Source: Eledone cirrhosa
Lineage: Eukaryota
Length of the DNA: 64,000 nt
Direction: 5' to 3'
NCBI GenBank assembly: GCA_964016885.1
Contig: OZ024745.1
Coordinates: 51,336,001 to 51,400,000 of the forward strand
In this document: piece by piece, positions 47,321-60,776 of the stretch
How the letters are laid out: every line of letters begins with the position of its first letter
How positions within the stretch are numbered: position 1 is the first letter of the stretch
Position numbers and translations under genes: made by a program
Notes under the pieces: model-generated
What the model was told of the DNA's origin: nothing
Database searches by the model: none
What the model saw: the letters and a program-made list of their open reading frames with translations, nothing else

Positions 47321-49190
47321 TTTGCTGCAAAACGTGCGCGCAACCTCCGCTCCCTCCTCGGCCGGAGCTCCCTATCCCCCCAGTCCCCTTCCCTGCTCCT
47401 GACCCCGCTACCACACCTGCCCCCACATTACCAACGCCACTACCTTCCTGGGTCCGAACGGCCACTCTCTCCCTGTCCTGTATGCCTTCCTCTGTAACTC
47501 CTCCAGTCTCGTCTATGGACTTCGCTGCACGGAGTGCCCCACAACCTATGTCGGACATAACGGACGTCGCCTGGCGGATCGGTTCACGGATATAGGTCTC
47601 GGCGGGAGTTCACCCCATCGCCCGTTACTTTGGTTCCCCTGGACACTCCGCTAGCAACCTCACCGTCTGTGGCCTGATCGAACGCCATGGGACCGCCGCA
47701 ATCCGCCTTAGGGCTGAACAACACACCATCTTCACCCTACAGACACCCCCCTCGGGCTGAACTTCCACCCCTCTTCCTTTAGACTTCGACCGTTCCCTCC
47801 TCCCCTACACCTCCCCCACTAACACCACTAAAACACTCCCAAGATTCACCGTCCCCTCCAATTCCAGCCAAACCCACCCCCTTGGTCCACTCCACAACTA
47901 ATAGTACCAACAACCCCACCCATCCCCTATCACACACGCACCGCAACCCCCAACGCGCATACACACACCTGTACATATATACACTCACCCACACTATTCA
48001 CACACCCTACTACCACCACTAACACCCACAGCGCATCCACATCCGACCACCCCACCACTAATAATACTAAATATCCCCAACCCACAGTCCCCCTCACCAA
48101 ACACACATGAACACATACCAGCATGCATACACTCACCAACACCCACGTACACACCGATACACAATCCACTCCCCATCCGCACTAGCACTACTAACACCCA
48201 CCCACACACCCGCTTTCGACCTCCCACCACTAATAATACTAACTCCCACCCTACCACACACACACACATCAGTATATCAAACTCACTCATTCTGTACTCA
48301 CCACCTTCTCACCCCCCCCCATATCCTACTAACACCTCCACTAATATACACACAATACCCCCACACACATCGTCACCCTCTCCCTCAACTTTCACACTAA
48401 CCCATCTCTTCTCCTGTCCACCCCACCTCCGCACACACATACATACCATCCCTGTCAATTACCACTCGCCTGTCTGTCATCCCCCTAACTGCTATCTCCT
48501 CTCTCTCTCGCACCCTTCGCCCTGCCTTCTCCACCGCCTGCCTTGACCTTCTTGACCACTTCCTGTTGACGCGCGCCCCACAACTCTCTACTAATCCACA
48601 CCATTTTACGGGTCCTACACCACTGGTCACACGCCCCAGACATCCACCTTTTTTATACTCGGATTTTTTTCACCATCTGTCCATACACGCACCGGGAAAA
48701 CATTCAGGAACACACACACATAAACGCTTACATTATTTTCGTACACACGCAACCATACATTCCCACATATCCACACCAGACAAAAACACATCCTCACACA
48801 CACGTGCGTATCCCCCACCCCCTCCACCACCTCTCCATCCACACTCACACACACACACTGACTTACACCCCTCCCCACGTACACACTGGTTTTCCTATTA
48901 CCCGAACATGGAACCTCGCTCTTCCCCAAACTCTCACACTCACATCCACACATATACACACACAGACGTACACCTACACACACACACACCACCTTCCGCC
49001 CTCCTCATTCGGACCCCCTGTTTCCTTCTCTCCTCTCTCCCTCCCTCCACCCACCACCACCTCTACACGCCTCACACCCTTTCACCAATTGTTCCTTTTA
49101 ATTTTTTTTCTTCCCTTAACCCCCCCCTTTTAATGTCTTTCCAGCACTCCCACTCACATCCTCGGAACTCTTTTCCTTCCCCCTTTTCTC

Positions 49191-49218
49191 CTGATGAAGG
49201 GCTTATGCCCGAAACGTC
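49191..49218 (+). ncRNA. Minimal hammerhead motif
   Basis: CTGATGA-a-gggc-ttat-gccc-GAAA-CG-TC. Confidence 0.65.
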
Positions 49219-50170
49219 ACCCCTACACCCCACTCTCAAGTGTGAGTACTTACACTGTTTGTACTGCACTCTACGTTATTGTTTTGGATTTTTGTTTTTA
49301 ACTTTATATATACGTATGTGTATATATATGTGTATATATTTGTATATATGTATGTGTGATGTACCATTATGTATGTTTGTTGTGTGTGTGCCAGTCTGTG
49401 TGTGCGTGCGTGTATGTGTGTGTGTACGTGTGTAAGTGGGCGAGTGAGTGAATGTGCTTGTCGACACCTGGAATATATATTAAGAGAAACTTCACAATAA
49501 GGGGAACCACCCCAACACTTGAATCCGTTGATGGAACCCTCTCTGCCTTTGTCACCCATATTCCAGCCTTAAAGAATTAGCTTCTAAAGAATTTACCTTT
49601 TCTTTAAACCATTGAACCCCACCCATCCTGTAGACACCTGTCTTACAGGCATTGTTAGTCTAAGTGATAAAGTAGGATTGATATTCCAAATATGATTTTG
49701 TTTACAGTATTCTTCCTGTCTTTGTTAATACTGCTTTAAAGAATTAGCTTTTAATGAACTTCCTTTTCTTTAAATCCTTCACCCAATGACCTCCACCTAT
49801 CCCAATCCCCAGCCTCTCCTACTACCAGAAAAGAAATCATATAAATACCACTACTTACTTGGACAACCAGGTCCCTGGTGATATCTTACGAATGAAACAG
49901 TTCTAGTACTGTAGAAGCTCTTCTATATTAAAACTTTTATACTCTGCTATGTATAGAGTACCTGACTTACGGTGGTTACCTCCGACTCAACCCGGAATAA
50001 TTTATATATATATATAAACCCCACACACACGTGCTTTCCACCACATATTTACACCCTCAGCCTCCTGATTCCTCTCCCCCCACCCCTCTATCCACACACG
50101 CACATACACTCCGACCCCCCCACACCTCTTCCTGAACATGCAACCCCGTTCTTCCGCCAACCCTTACTTT

Positions 50171-50203
<33 letters not shown>

Positions 50204-50509
50204 GTACACCTAAACACACACACCACCTTCAGCCCTCCCCGCTCGGACACCCCGTCTCCCTCTCCCCACTCCACCCGTCACCACCCCTACACACCCCACA
50301 CCCTTCCACCACCTGTTTTACCCTCCTTTTAATTTCAGTTTATTTTGATCATGCTTTTATATTTAAATTTATTTCATTCCTTGTATTTTGATCATGCTTA
50401 ATTTTTATTTTTATTTTTATTTTTTTCATTCGCACCGTTTCCTTTCGCTATATGTCTCTCCACCACTCCCCTACATACCCTTTGAACTCTGTTCCCACAC
50501 ACTTCTCAC

Positions 50510-50537
50510 CTGAGGAAGGGCTTATGCCCGAAACGTC
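50510..50537 (+). ncRNA. Minimal hammerhead motif
   Basis: CTGAGGA-a-gggc-ttat-gccc-GAAA-CG-TC. Confidence 0.65.
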
Positions 50538-50627
50538 GTTCCCCACCAACACCCCACTCTCCAGAGCGTGAAATTAATAAACATTCGTTATACTGCCTCT
50601 CTGTTTTGTTCCTGTTCAAATTTTTCC

Positions 50628-50689
<62 letters not shown>

Positions 50690-50760
50690 TAAAAACAAAA
50701 ATCAATAACATATATATATATGTAGGAGGTGAGTAATATAGTAGAAGAATAAAACTATGC

Positions 50761-50855
50761 ATAACGGAGCCGAATATATCAAAGATATATATTTAGTTAG
50801 GAACTGAAAATAGTTCCTAACTCAATATATACCTTTGATATGCACGGCTCCGTTA
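50761..50855. repeat. Imperfect inverted repeat (~44-bp arms, 6-nt loop)
   Basis: TAACGGAGCCG...AGTTAGGAACT-gaaaat-AGTTCCTAACT...CGGCTCCGTTA. Confidence 0.85.
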
Positions 50856-50997
50856 ATTTGTTGAGCTATTTCAAATGTCGAGTAAACCTGGCTGCTATTT
50901 TAAGTGGTGTGGGTTTATGAGACACACTAGGATGCCATGTGCGCTATTTTATGTATTTTATATATAGCATACTTAGATGTGTCTAGGATATTAATTC

Positions 50998-51075
50998 ATC
51001 ACCCACTGATGAGCTTGGATTGGTATTTCTATTCACAATTAATTTTGCGAAACAACAACAAGTTGTCTGGGTGAT
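50998..51075 (+). ncRNA. Type I hammerhead ribozyme with canonical core and GUC cleavage site
   Basis: atcaccca-CTGATGA-gc...gc-GAAA-caac-aacaa-gttg-TC-tgggtgat; 8-bp stem I, 5-bp stem III. Confidence 0.8.
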
Positions 51076-51304
51076 TGGTAGTTACCTCAATTCCGGTTTG
51101 TATCTATATTCTTAATTTTTTCTTAAATTGAGACAAGCGAACCCTTTTGTCTATAGTTAGTATTCTTTTCGCCTTAGCGAATCAGGTCCCTTACGATTTG
51201 AACTCATATATGTATATATCTGTATTCGTTTTTCTTTTATATTATAATATACTGCTCAGAAATATTTCTTTCCTAGAACTATTTTATTGTAAGAGACTAT
51301 TTTG

Positions 51305-51886
<582 letters not shown>

Positions 51887-54522
51887 TCTTAGAGAGCGCA
51901 GAAATCCCAGACGCAGAAAATACTGTAACCCCAGTCGATTGCTATAAATAATAACTTAGGAAAATGAGTAAAGTACTCCCAAAATGAACATTATCTGTTA
52001 CAAAATTTCGAAATCCCTATATCTCAAAGTCCGGCTGAGTGTTCCAGCACATTGAGCTAAATCCTTCTGACAACAACTTCCCTTTTTAATAGAAAGCTAA
52101 AGGAACAGCTTGGATGTAAACGTTATTTCGAAAATAAAATATCGAAGTGTTTGGTATATTTTAAATTATTAGAAAGTGTAGAAGTCTCAAACGCAGAAAT
52201 TCTATGCACCACTAGTCCATTGTTATAAATAAAAGCTTAATAAATCAAGAAAAATAACCCCACAGAATGGAAAAACTGCTAGCAACCACTACAAAGAATC
52301 GAAGACAACAAAGGTGTGTGAAAATATGGGGAAATATTTGACGTGCTTTATTTTAACATGAATTTATTTTTTTACTCGCAGACTTTTTAACTCGTGCACA
52401 AAATATTGAATGATGTCTTTGGTTACAGAAACAAGAAAATGTATAAATAATTCTTCACTTGACTTTTTTCTTTATTGGTATAAGAGGATTAGTATAATCT
52501 GTTAATTATGATAAAATAAATCCTCAATACGGTCTAATAGTTTTTATCGTATTATAACCAACGGCGAAACAGGATCTATATTAATGACAGCTTAGATTGT
52601 ATATCTTACCATAAAACCTATTTTTTTCTTATTTTGAAATACGAAACTAAATCCTCAAAGCATTAAAAAGATATGCCACAATAGATAAATTATGTTATCA
52701 GAACATTCAATTCTCAAGCTACAAGTCGGAATTAGAAATATTTGTGAATCAATTTCTTTTATTTTATAATTTATACCAGAATTACTTTTTGCCTAAGAGG
52801 CAGATGAATGTCGTAACATTTTTTATAGGTTTAGGTTAGTGGTTCTTAGAAAATTTTCTTTCCTGTGCTTGATTATTAATGACTATCTAGCTCATAATAT
52901 ATTTTATTATAATTTTGCATGTTTTATTTTATCATTGAAAATGTTTTTTTTAAGTTTATATTTTTAGAATAACAAAACATAAATTATGTCTTCTACTTTG
53001 TGAAAATCCCGGGCATACTGTATTGAAGTATACTGCTTTGCTGTAAGAAATGTATATTTCTTCGTGGATTAACAACTGAAATATACTAATTTTCAGTGTG
53101 CAAAATTAGATAAACATACATTATTCATCGGAGATAAAATAAACTTCTCTGAATCTGCCTTGCTCCCTGATACCAATCGGTTGCATAACGAGTTATTGTT
53201 TTAAAATTATGTGTATTTTGGAGTCGTAAATAATATCCTATAAGGAATTCATTTATAGATTAACTTTGTTCATTCATACGAAATTAATTTTAATCTCTTG
53301 CTTATGTCATGGATTCATTCAATACACATATGCATGAAGACAATATGTTAAATATTTTAATACATCCATTGAATATGACATTATAAATTTTATTTAAATC
53401 GTCGCAGTTTAATATCCTGAATACGTTCGCTATAATGCATTCATTGAAACTTCTCCGGTGACTTTTACTGCAGTGTACTGGACTAATTCTTGTTGTGCAT
53501 TGCGTACTACATTAAACATTTTTCGACGGAAATGTAGTATATTTGTTTATAAGAATCATCGTGGTTACCAAAACTTCCTGAATAAGAGAATTGTTATTTT
53601 GCTCAATTCATCGCATAAAAAGAGATAAGATTTTCATTTCAATGTATTGATGGTTTGTTCAAATTTTGATAACTGTCAGATATTTCAGTGATTAACGCAG
53701 TTTTGAATGGTTTTAAACATGTTAATATATACTATCTTCCGTAAATTTTAGGTAGATAAATTGGAAAATATCCATGAATACATTTGCAATTCATTTATGA
53801 ATTAAAATTTCCATAACGTACTTCGCGATGATTTGCTGAAAAGGAGCCTATTTCATACGTCTGAGATAATTCTGCGGGCGTATGTTAATGACTTTGCAAT
53901 AACAGATTATAATATACTATGAAATTATAATTGTTTAATGAAGTTATCTGTTCAGAGTTTAATTTTTAAGGCATGTTTTCATTTTGGACACATTTTTTTC
54001 TAACAAGAAAATTCAGACGCTTTCGTGTAAATAACCGTGGCTTCAGATATTTTCATATATGCGTTCATTATCTGGAGATGTTTCAGCGTCTAATACTGTT
54101 GCATCTGTAACGTTGTCTATTCCTGCATCCATGGAATATTTTCAGCCCTTTCGGGGGAAGAAAATGAGCAGTGATTCATTTGGTTAAAATGGATTATCGC
54201 TCTTAGACAAATGTTTATAGACCGCCTGATAATTGTTCTCTGTGAAAACAATGAGGGCCAGTATGATCATTCATTTGTTTTTACTATTTTACAGATATAT
54301 CGAAGGCGTTAATCGCCTAGATTTGTTTAACGCAAAATATGAAAGTTGTTTCCAAACGGTCTATACCTCTTGCTTTCTAATCTATGTGACAGCAAATTAT
54401 CGCTGATAAAACTGTATCAGATACGTTATGGCAGGTCATCACGATGTATTGTGTAATTGTTGATTAAATGGCTATCTAAGAAAATATTCTAAAAGAAATA
54501 CAAAAAATGTAACTTAATATAG

Positions 54523-55240
54523 TCTTCTTCTTCTGCTTCTTCTTCTTCTTCTTGAGAGGGTCGTGGGGAAAGAATTCTCAAGCACTCCTTCCAATGGGTT
54601 CTATCAGAAGCAACCGTCTCTAACTCATCCGGCTGGATCCCCAAGCGAGACCAGCCAAGTTTATCGATGTTATCCAACCATAGAGTTGGGGACCTACCAC
54701 AGGGTCTCCTGTCGGGTGGATTATCCCATAACAGATGTTCAGCGATTCTTTCCTAAAACATTATAACCCCATGTCCATATTATCGGAGCTGTGATTTCTC
54801 AATTCGGACAAGTAGCGCTTCTATCTGGAGTTACTCTCTGATCTCCGAGCTACGCAATCTATTGAGTAACGTTTCTCCAAAGACACTCGGAAAGCCCCAT
54901 TGCGGCCGCTTCTATTCGCGATCGTATTCTTTCGGTCACTACCAAATATTTAGGCAAGGGCTGGCACGAATACCGATTTGAAGATAATAATTTGGCTTTT
55001 ACACCTACCTCCCGTTTGATTACCGAATACTGTAGCTGGCACGTTATTGCACCAGTGGCTGAAATTCTTGCACGTAATTCAGCCTCCTGACTTCCATCAC
55101 TCGTGAACACGGTCCCGAGATACTTGAACATCTCCACCTGCTTCAGTGGAATTCCATTCATATGTAGAGGGCATTGCGGAGGCTTACTTAGGAGGACGAG
55201 TGTCTCAGTTTTTGCAGCACTGATTTTTATTCCATATAGT
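54523..55240 (-). mobile_element. RTE (Rex3/Expander-like) 3' ORF fragment with (GAA)n tail
   Basis: KISAAKTE, LKQVEMFKYLGTVFTSDG, RSRIEAAAMG; ends CCCCACGACCCTCTCAAGAAGAAG. Confidence 0.75.
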
Positions 55241-57222
55241 CAGGGTTTCCTCAACAAAGTTCCGTGGTTCTGATACTGTTGATTTGGATGGAGGGTGGAA
55301 ACTCCACTATTCTGGTTTGGCGCAAGAAATGGCCATGTAGTTATTCATTTGCTGGCTTGTGATGAATCTAATCTTTTATCAAACCAAAATACGTTTGTGT
55401 GAAAATTAACATAGATTATTGCCAAGTACCCAGACCAAATCATTGTGCTGATAAATTTAGTATGTATATTCCGAAAGCACATACTAACCAACGTTTGTTT
55501 CAAAATAATTTCCACTGAAGTCTACATACCAATTTTTAAATTCAGACAGGAAGAACCTATTTCAAAATGAACTGCATTATTTGTCAGTTTAAAAGTAGTT
55601 ATTCTATCACTATTTAATACTATTTAATTAAATTTCATAACATATGAGCGGCTGCCGACTTTAATGAAATAGTTTTAATATTTTATAGACATACGGTCGT
55701 TAAAAAGACGATATTTAATCATTTCATTTTCATTAGATTTAGTATTATCTTATTCAACAGTTCGAAAATATATACCATATTACTTTTCCCGTGGAGTGTA
55801 ATAACGTTTAGGAAATATAATTGGGAAATTTAACTGCATACACTCCTGCGCATGGAAAATGTTTTGTGACCTCACTGGATGTTTATTGCTAACTGATCTA
55901 CTTCTATTGTCTTTGGTTCTTACAATTCTTCTTTACAGTCAAAATTATGAGTTAGCAAAACAGTAAAACAATTTCAAGTCATCGAATGATGAAATGAATT
56001 CGCATGCTTTTTCTCTATGAATATTAATATACTTGAGACTCTTTATGAAATGTTGCACTCAATAATGCATGCCTGGACAAGATATATTTATGGAAGAGCA
56101 GTAGACGGCGGGACATGAAAAATCTTACATGTAAGAAAACAATTATTATAATAACATTGGAAGCGTTGCCGTCAGAAGGCAAAGGGGCCAAAGACAAAGA
56201 GCTAATTGAAATAGGTTCATATTTTGTCATCTTAATATACGAATTCCAGAATAAGTAGATGTTTATTTGAACACATTCAAATTAGCTCTCTCTCCGATGG
56301 AACATAGCACTCTCCAAACATTTAGACATGTTTCCCAATCTGATATAACATTGTACATTGTTTCTAATGAAATAGAGCAATTTAAAATATTAATTCATTT
56401 GCCGTTATGCCCCAGTAGTGGTAGATATTCATACATTGCATGAGCAGTTGATCGTTTTGTTGGAATTTTTCTTTTCTTTAACATAATATTATCCTAAATA
56501 AGATATGTATGGTATAAAGATCATACGTCCTAAAGTGAATAGTGTGTAATTGTGATACCAAATTCAATATATGTCATATCGCTTCCGGAATATTTAAATG
56601 TTATTAGTCCAACAAGCATAAGTCCATATACATATATATATATTACAATTTTATTAGTCTCTAATATTTAAACATCTCAATGATTGGATAAAATATATAG
56701 ATAAGATACCACGCAGAGAAATAATATTACATATTAAATTTAAGCGAAAGAAACTCTATTTATGGGAGTATAAGACAGACAGACAAAATTAAGTATTAGT
56801 AATTAATATTAACTATTCCTTAATTTGTTGAATTGTTTCAGACGGATTTTTGGCTACTATTTCTAGTGTCATTAAAAGTGTTTCGCAGTCCCAATATAAT
56901 AATTCAAAAACATGTGGTCACGACAATAAAAAGGTATGTATAATTTCATGATCAATATGGAATTCCTAAATTAGCATGTATGTCTACGCCATTTTTATTT
57001 TATTTTATTTATTTATTTACACACACTAGTAAACAAAGATAGAATACAAAAACAAAAGCACATACACTCAAACGCGAACACACATACCAAACATTATACA
57101 CACACGCAAACGCATGCGCTGGGCGGAGACAAGAAGAAATAAATAAATAAATACACAAATAAAAAAATAAAATAAAAATGGCGTAGACATACAATACAAC
57201 AGGAGGAAACATAGTAGTGCCC

Positions 57223-57256
57223 CTGATGATGTTGCAGATGTGCAACGAAAGAACTT
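57223..57256 (+). ncRNA. Partial hammerhead motif
   Basis: CTGATGA-t-gttgca-gatg-tgcaac-GAAA; stems I and III degenerate. Confidence 0.4.
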
Positions 57257-57496
57257 TGATAGACTATATATATATTTATATCTGTATTTTTAACCGTTGG
57301 TCAATCAAGGATAAACGTTAATTGCCAAATGAATTAACTATGGTGATATAAAAGATACAGAAGCGAAAACCAACCGAACAGTGAATGTGTTCTGTTGTTA
57401 TTTCTGGCAATATTATTACAATATGACCCTCCCCAAGTATAACAAAATTTGTTTTGACACACGATTTCATATCAAAAACCTTGCAAAACAAATCCG

Positions 57497-57527
<31 letters not shown>

Positions 57528-57559
57528 AGATCAAAAGATGGTTAAAGGAGTTCCATGTA

Positions 57560-57626
57560 TTTTATTATGCGCATTTCAAAAACAAACATCATCAAGCAAT
57601 AATATTTGTGTTTTCATCAGATAAAA
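57560..57626 (-). ncRNA. Type I hammerhead ribozyme (left arm)
   Basis: Reverse complement of 59366-59432. Confidence 0.75.
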
Positions 57627-59365
57627 CAGGAGAACATGATATGAAGGCTAAAAAACACTTGTGGATAGTGCAGTTTTAAATCAACATATGAAAAGTCGTT
57701 TTAGATTGATGTGTGATATTGGGAAACATATTTTATTTAGAGAGGGGGGGGGGGGAAGGATGAAAAAGGGGAGGAGATGAGAGTAAAGGTGGAGAGGGAG
57801 AGATGGGTGATAGAGAGAAAGAGATAGTTTTTATAACTGAGAGAAGATATATTGTTTTACATAGAGAGGTTGAAAACCGTTGGAAGATAATGTATAAATT
57901 AAAAGAATTTGAAAATTAACGAAGGGAAAAATATGTACGAGGAAAGAGAGGGAGTTGATATGTATGAAGATAGAGAGAAAAAATAATAATTGCGGATGAA
58001 TATGCTAACGTCAAAAGGTGTATGTTTATAAGTATTGTGGCAATTTCAAAATTAACGAAGAAAAAATTATTAAGGTTTGTGTGTAGAAGGATTTGAGAAA
58101 AATAATGTGAAATTAAAGTTTGTATATTGAAGGAATTGATAATATGTGCGAAGAAAGAGTTAATATGTATTAAAAGATTATTAAGGTTTGTGTATTAGAT
58201 GATTTGAGAAAAATAATGTGAAGTTAAGGTTTGTATATTGAAGGAATTGATAATATGTGCGAAGAAAGAGTTAATATGTATTAAGAATGAGTTCGTTGTT
58301 GGGGAGAAAAAAATAATAAATTAAGGATGAAATTGAGATTAAAAAGTTTTATGATAGAGAGAAAAAATAATAATAATTGCGGATGAATATTCTAACGTCA
58401 AAAAAACAAATGTATATGTTATGAAGGATTTTACAAGGTGAAGATAGAATGAGGGTAATGAGTAAACAAGTATTATAGAGTGTATAATGCCCTTTGAAGT
58501 AAGGTAGGAAGATGGGTATATTTTAAAGAGGTGTACGTATATGTGCCTTTGAGAAACGATTCTAAATTGATAAAAAATTGAATATTAGCTGTATACTTTG
58601 TGAAAAGTCCTATGGAATTTATGCAGGCAGATAGAAAACAAATCTGTACGTCTATTTATTATAGAATCTAGATTAGAGATAATGGTAAATTTTTCATTTA
58701 GGCAGAGATTACAAATTTTAGATAGAGAGCTGTTCAAGTATGAGGACGCAGAAGAAACCTTCTTCCAAAAGATGGTATATTTAATGTTTTTGTCTTTCAA
58801 GGACCATATGAGTTCTGAGAGAGCCGTGTTGGTTCTTTTAAGTTTGTATTTAAAAGATGAATGATTCTTTTAATTTATACATTATCTTCCAACGGTTCTC
58901 AACCTCTCTATATAAAACAATATATCTTTTCTCAGTTATAAAAACTATCTCTTTCTCTCTATTACCCATCTCTCCCTCTCCACCTTCACTCTCATCTCCT
59001 CCCCTTTTTTCATCCTTTCCACCCCCCCCTCCCTAAATAAAATATTTTTTCCTCGTACATATTTTTCCCTTCGTTAATTTTCAAATTCTTTTAATTTATA
59101 CATTATCTTCCAACGGTTTTCAACCTCTCTATGTAAAACAATATATCTTCTCTCAGTTATAAAAACTATCTCTTTCTCTCTATCACCCATCTCTCCCTCT
59201 CCACCTTCACTCTCATCTCCTCCCCTTTTTCATCTTTTCCACCCCCCCTCTCTAAATAAAATATTTTTCCCAATATCACACGTCAATCTAAAACGACTTT
59301 TCATATGTTGATTTAAAACTGCACTATCCACAAGTGTTTTTTAGCCTTCATATCATGTTCTCCTG

Positions 59366-59432
59366 TTTTATCTGATGAAAACACAAATATTATTGCTTGA
59401 TGATGTTTGTTTTTGAAATGCGCATAATAAAA
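59366..59432 (+). ncRNA. Type I hammerhead ribozyme (right arm), intact core
   Basis: ttttat-CTGATGA-14-bp stem II with one mismatch-GAAA-TGCGCA-TA-ataaaa; palindromic stem III ATGCGCAT. Confidence 0.75.
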
Positions 59433-59600
59433 TACATGGAACTCCTTTAACCATCTTTTGATCTTATATATTATGTATACTCCAGTCCTACAAACTGTAG
59501 AGTGCTTCTTATCCGATATCTGCATTGCTTTATTGTACTACAATAAAACTCACCTCCTACATATATATATATATATAGAGAGATAGATAGATAAATATAC

Positions 59601-59874
59601 ACGGGTGTGTATGATTGTGTATAGAAGATTATATTAATAAGAGGAATTCCAACTTTGTCTGATTTACTCGTTTTATTTACAATCCTTTAAAATTTATAAT
59701 GGTATTATAATGAAATAGTATGATAGAATATTCAATTCTAAGTGTTAACTATCATACTATTTCATTATAATACCATTATAAATTTTAAAGGATTGTAAAT
59801 AAAACGAGTAAATCAGACAAAGTTGGAATTCCTCTTATTAATATAATCTTCTATACACAATCATACACACCCGT
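59601..59874. repeat. Palindrome with 126-bp apparently perfect arms and 22-bp spacer
   Basis: 59601-59726 is the reverse complement of 59749-59874. Confidence 0.92.
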
Positions 59875-59877
59875 CTA

Positions 59878-60004
<127 letters not shown>

Positions 60005-60015
60005 TTATCTATCTC

Positions 60016-60464
60016 GAAAGAGGTTGTATGGTGGAGAAGGTTGAAAGGGCTGAGGTCAGACACCTTTCTCTCCGGCCAACAACTGATTCTTTTTTTCAAA
60101 TACCACTTTGGAAGAAGAATCAGGATGGCGAGAGAGGTGCTGTACCCCAGCAAGTTTTATGAAAGGTGGGTGAAAGTGGCGAGAATGGCCCGAGTGAATG
60201 GGCCTTCTCTCTATATCAGCCTGTAGGTTGAGGAAAAGGAGGAGTAGAGGAAAGGAATACAAACTCTTCGTACTCCTGGAGATGAGGGTTGCACATTTTT
60301 TCGGGGGTATGTGTTACCCATATAAACTGTCTCCCCCTATTGGGGAAAATCGACTAATTTTTTAAATTGCATTTGTGATAACATTTTACACGTTTTTATT
60401 GTATGTAAACTTCCCCCTTTTGATTTGTCTCCTTCTTTTGTGCCCCTGTGGCTAATAAAGAAAC
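60016..60464 (+). mobile_element. 5'-truncated 3' end of an L1/Tx1-type LINE inside (TATC)n
   Basis: [23 protein letters not shown] is homologous to the copy A ORF2 C-terminus; ends AATAAAGAAACA; (TATC)n at 59875-60015 and 60465-60545. Confidence 0.85.
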
Positions 60465-60465
60465 A

Positions 60466-60544
<79 letters not shown>

Positions 60545-60776
60545 ATAATCTAGCTGTCGTCTGTTCTACAGTGTGGATGTCATTCACTTCGCACAGAAGT
60601 TTTGTTCAAATTTATTGAGGAAATTTTGTGAGTTCAAACTTAATTTTGATACAATTGTGTAGCTTGACCCTCCGTCTGAACTGTCAGGCGGTGGGTCAGC
60701 TCATCTTTACCCCTCCTAGAGGTGAAAAACCTGTTTTAAAAAATTTTGTGTAAAAAATTTCAATCGTCTAACAGAG

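Larger units (their letters stand above)
47325..50630 (+). mobile_element. Neptune-type Penelope-like element 3' part: GIY-YIG remnant, C/A-rich UTR, two HHR-bearing ends
   Basis: AKRARNLRSLL, VYGLRCTECPTTYVGHNGRRLADRF, RLRAEQHTIFTLQT; HHRs at 49191 and 50510. The 50020-50630 part may be a separate related insertion. Confidence 0.7.
57520..59560 (-). mobile_element. 5'-truncated Naiad-type PLE with ~425-bp inverted pseudo-LTRs
   Basis: Arms at 57520-57945 and 59048-59473; GIY-YIG C-terminus at 58585-58860 (TALSELIWSLKD..CNLCLNEKF..INRR..CLH); right arm has an ~87-bp tail. Confidence 0.85.
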
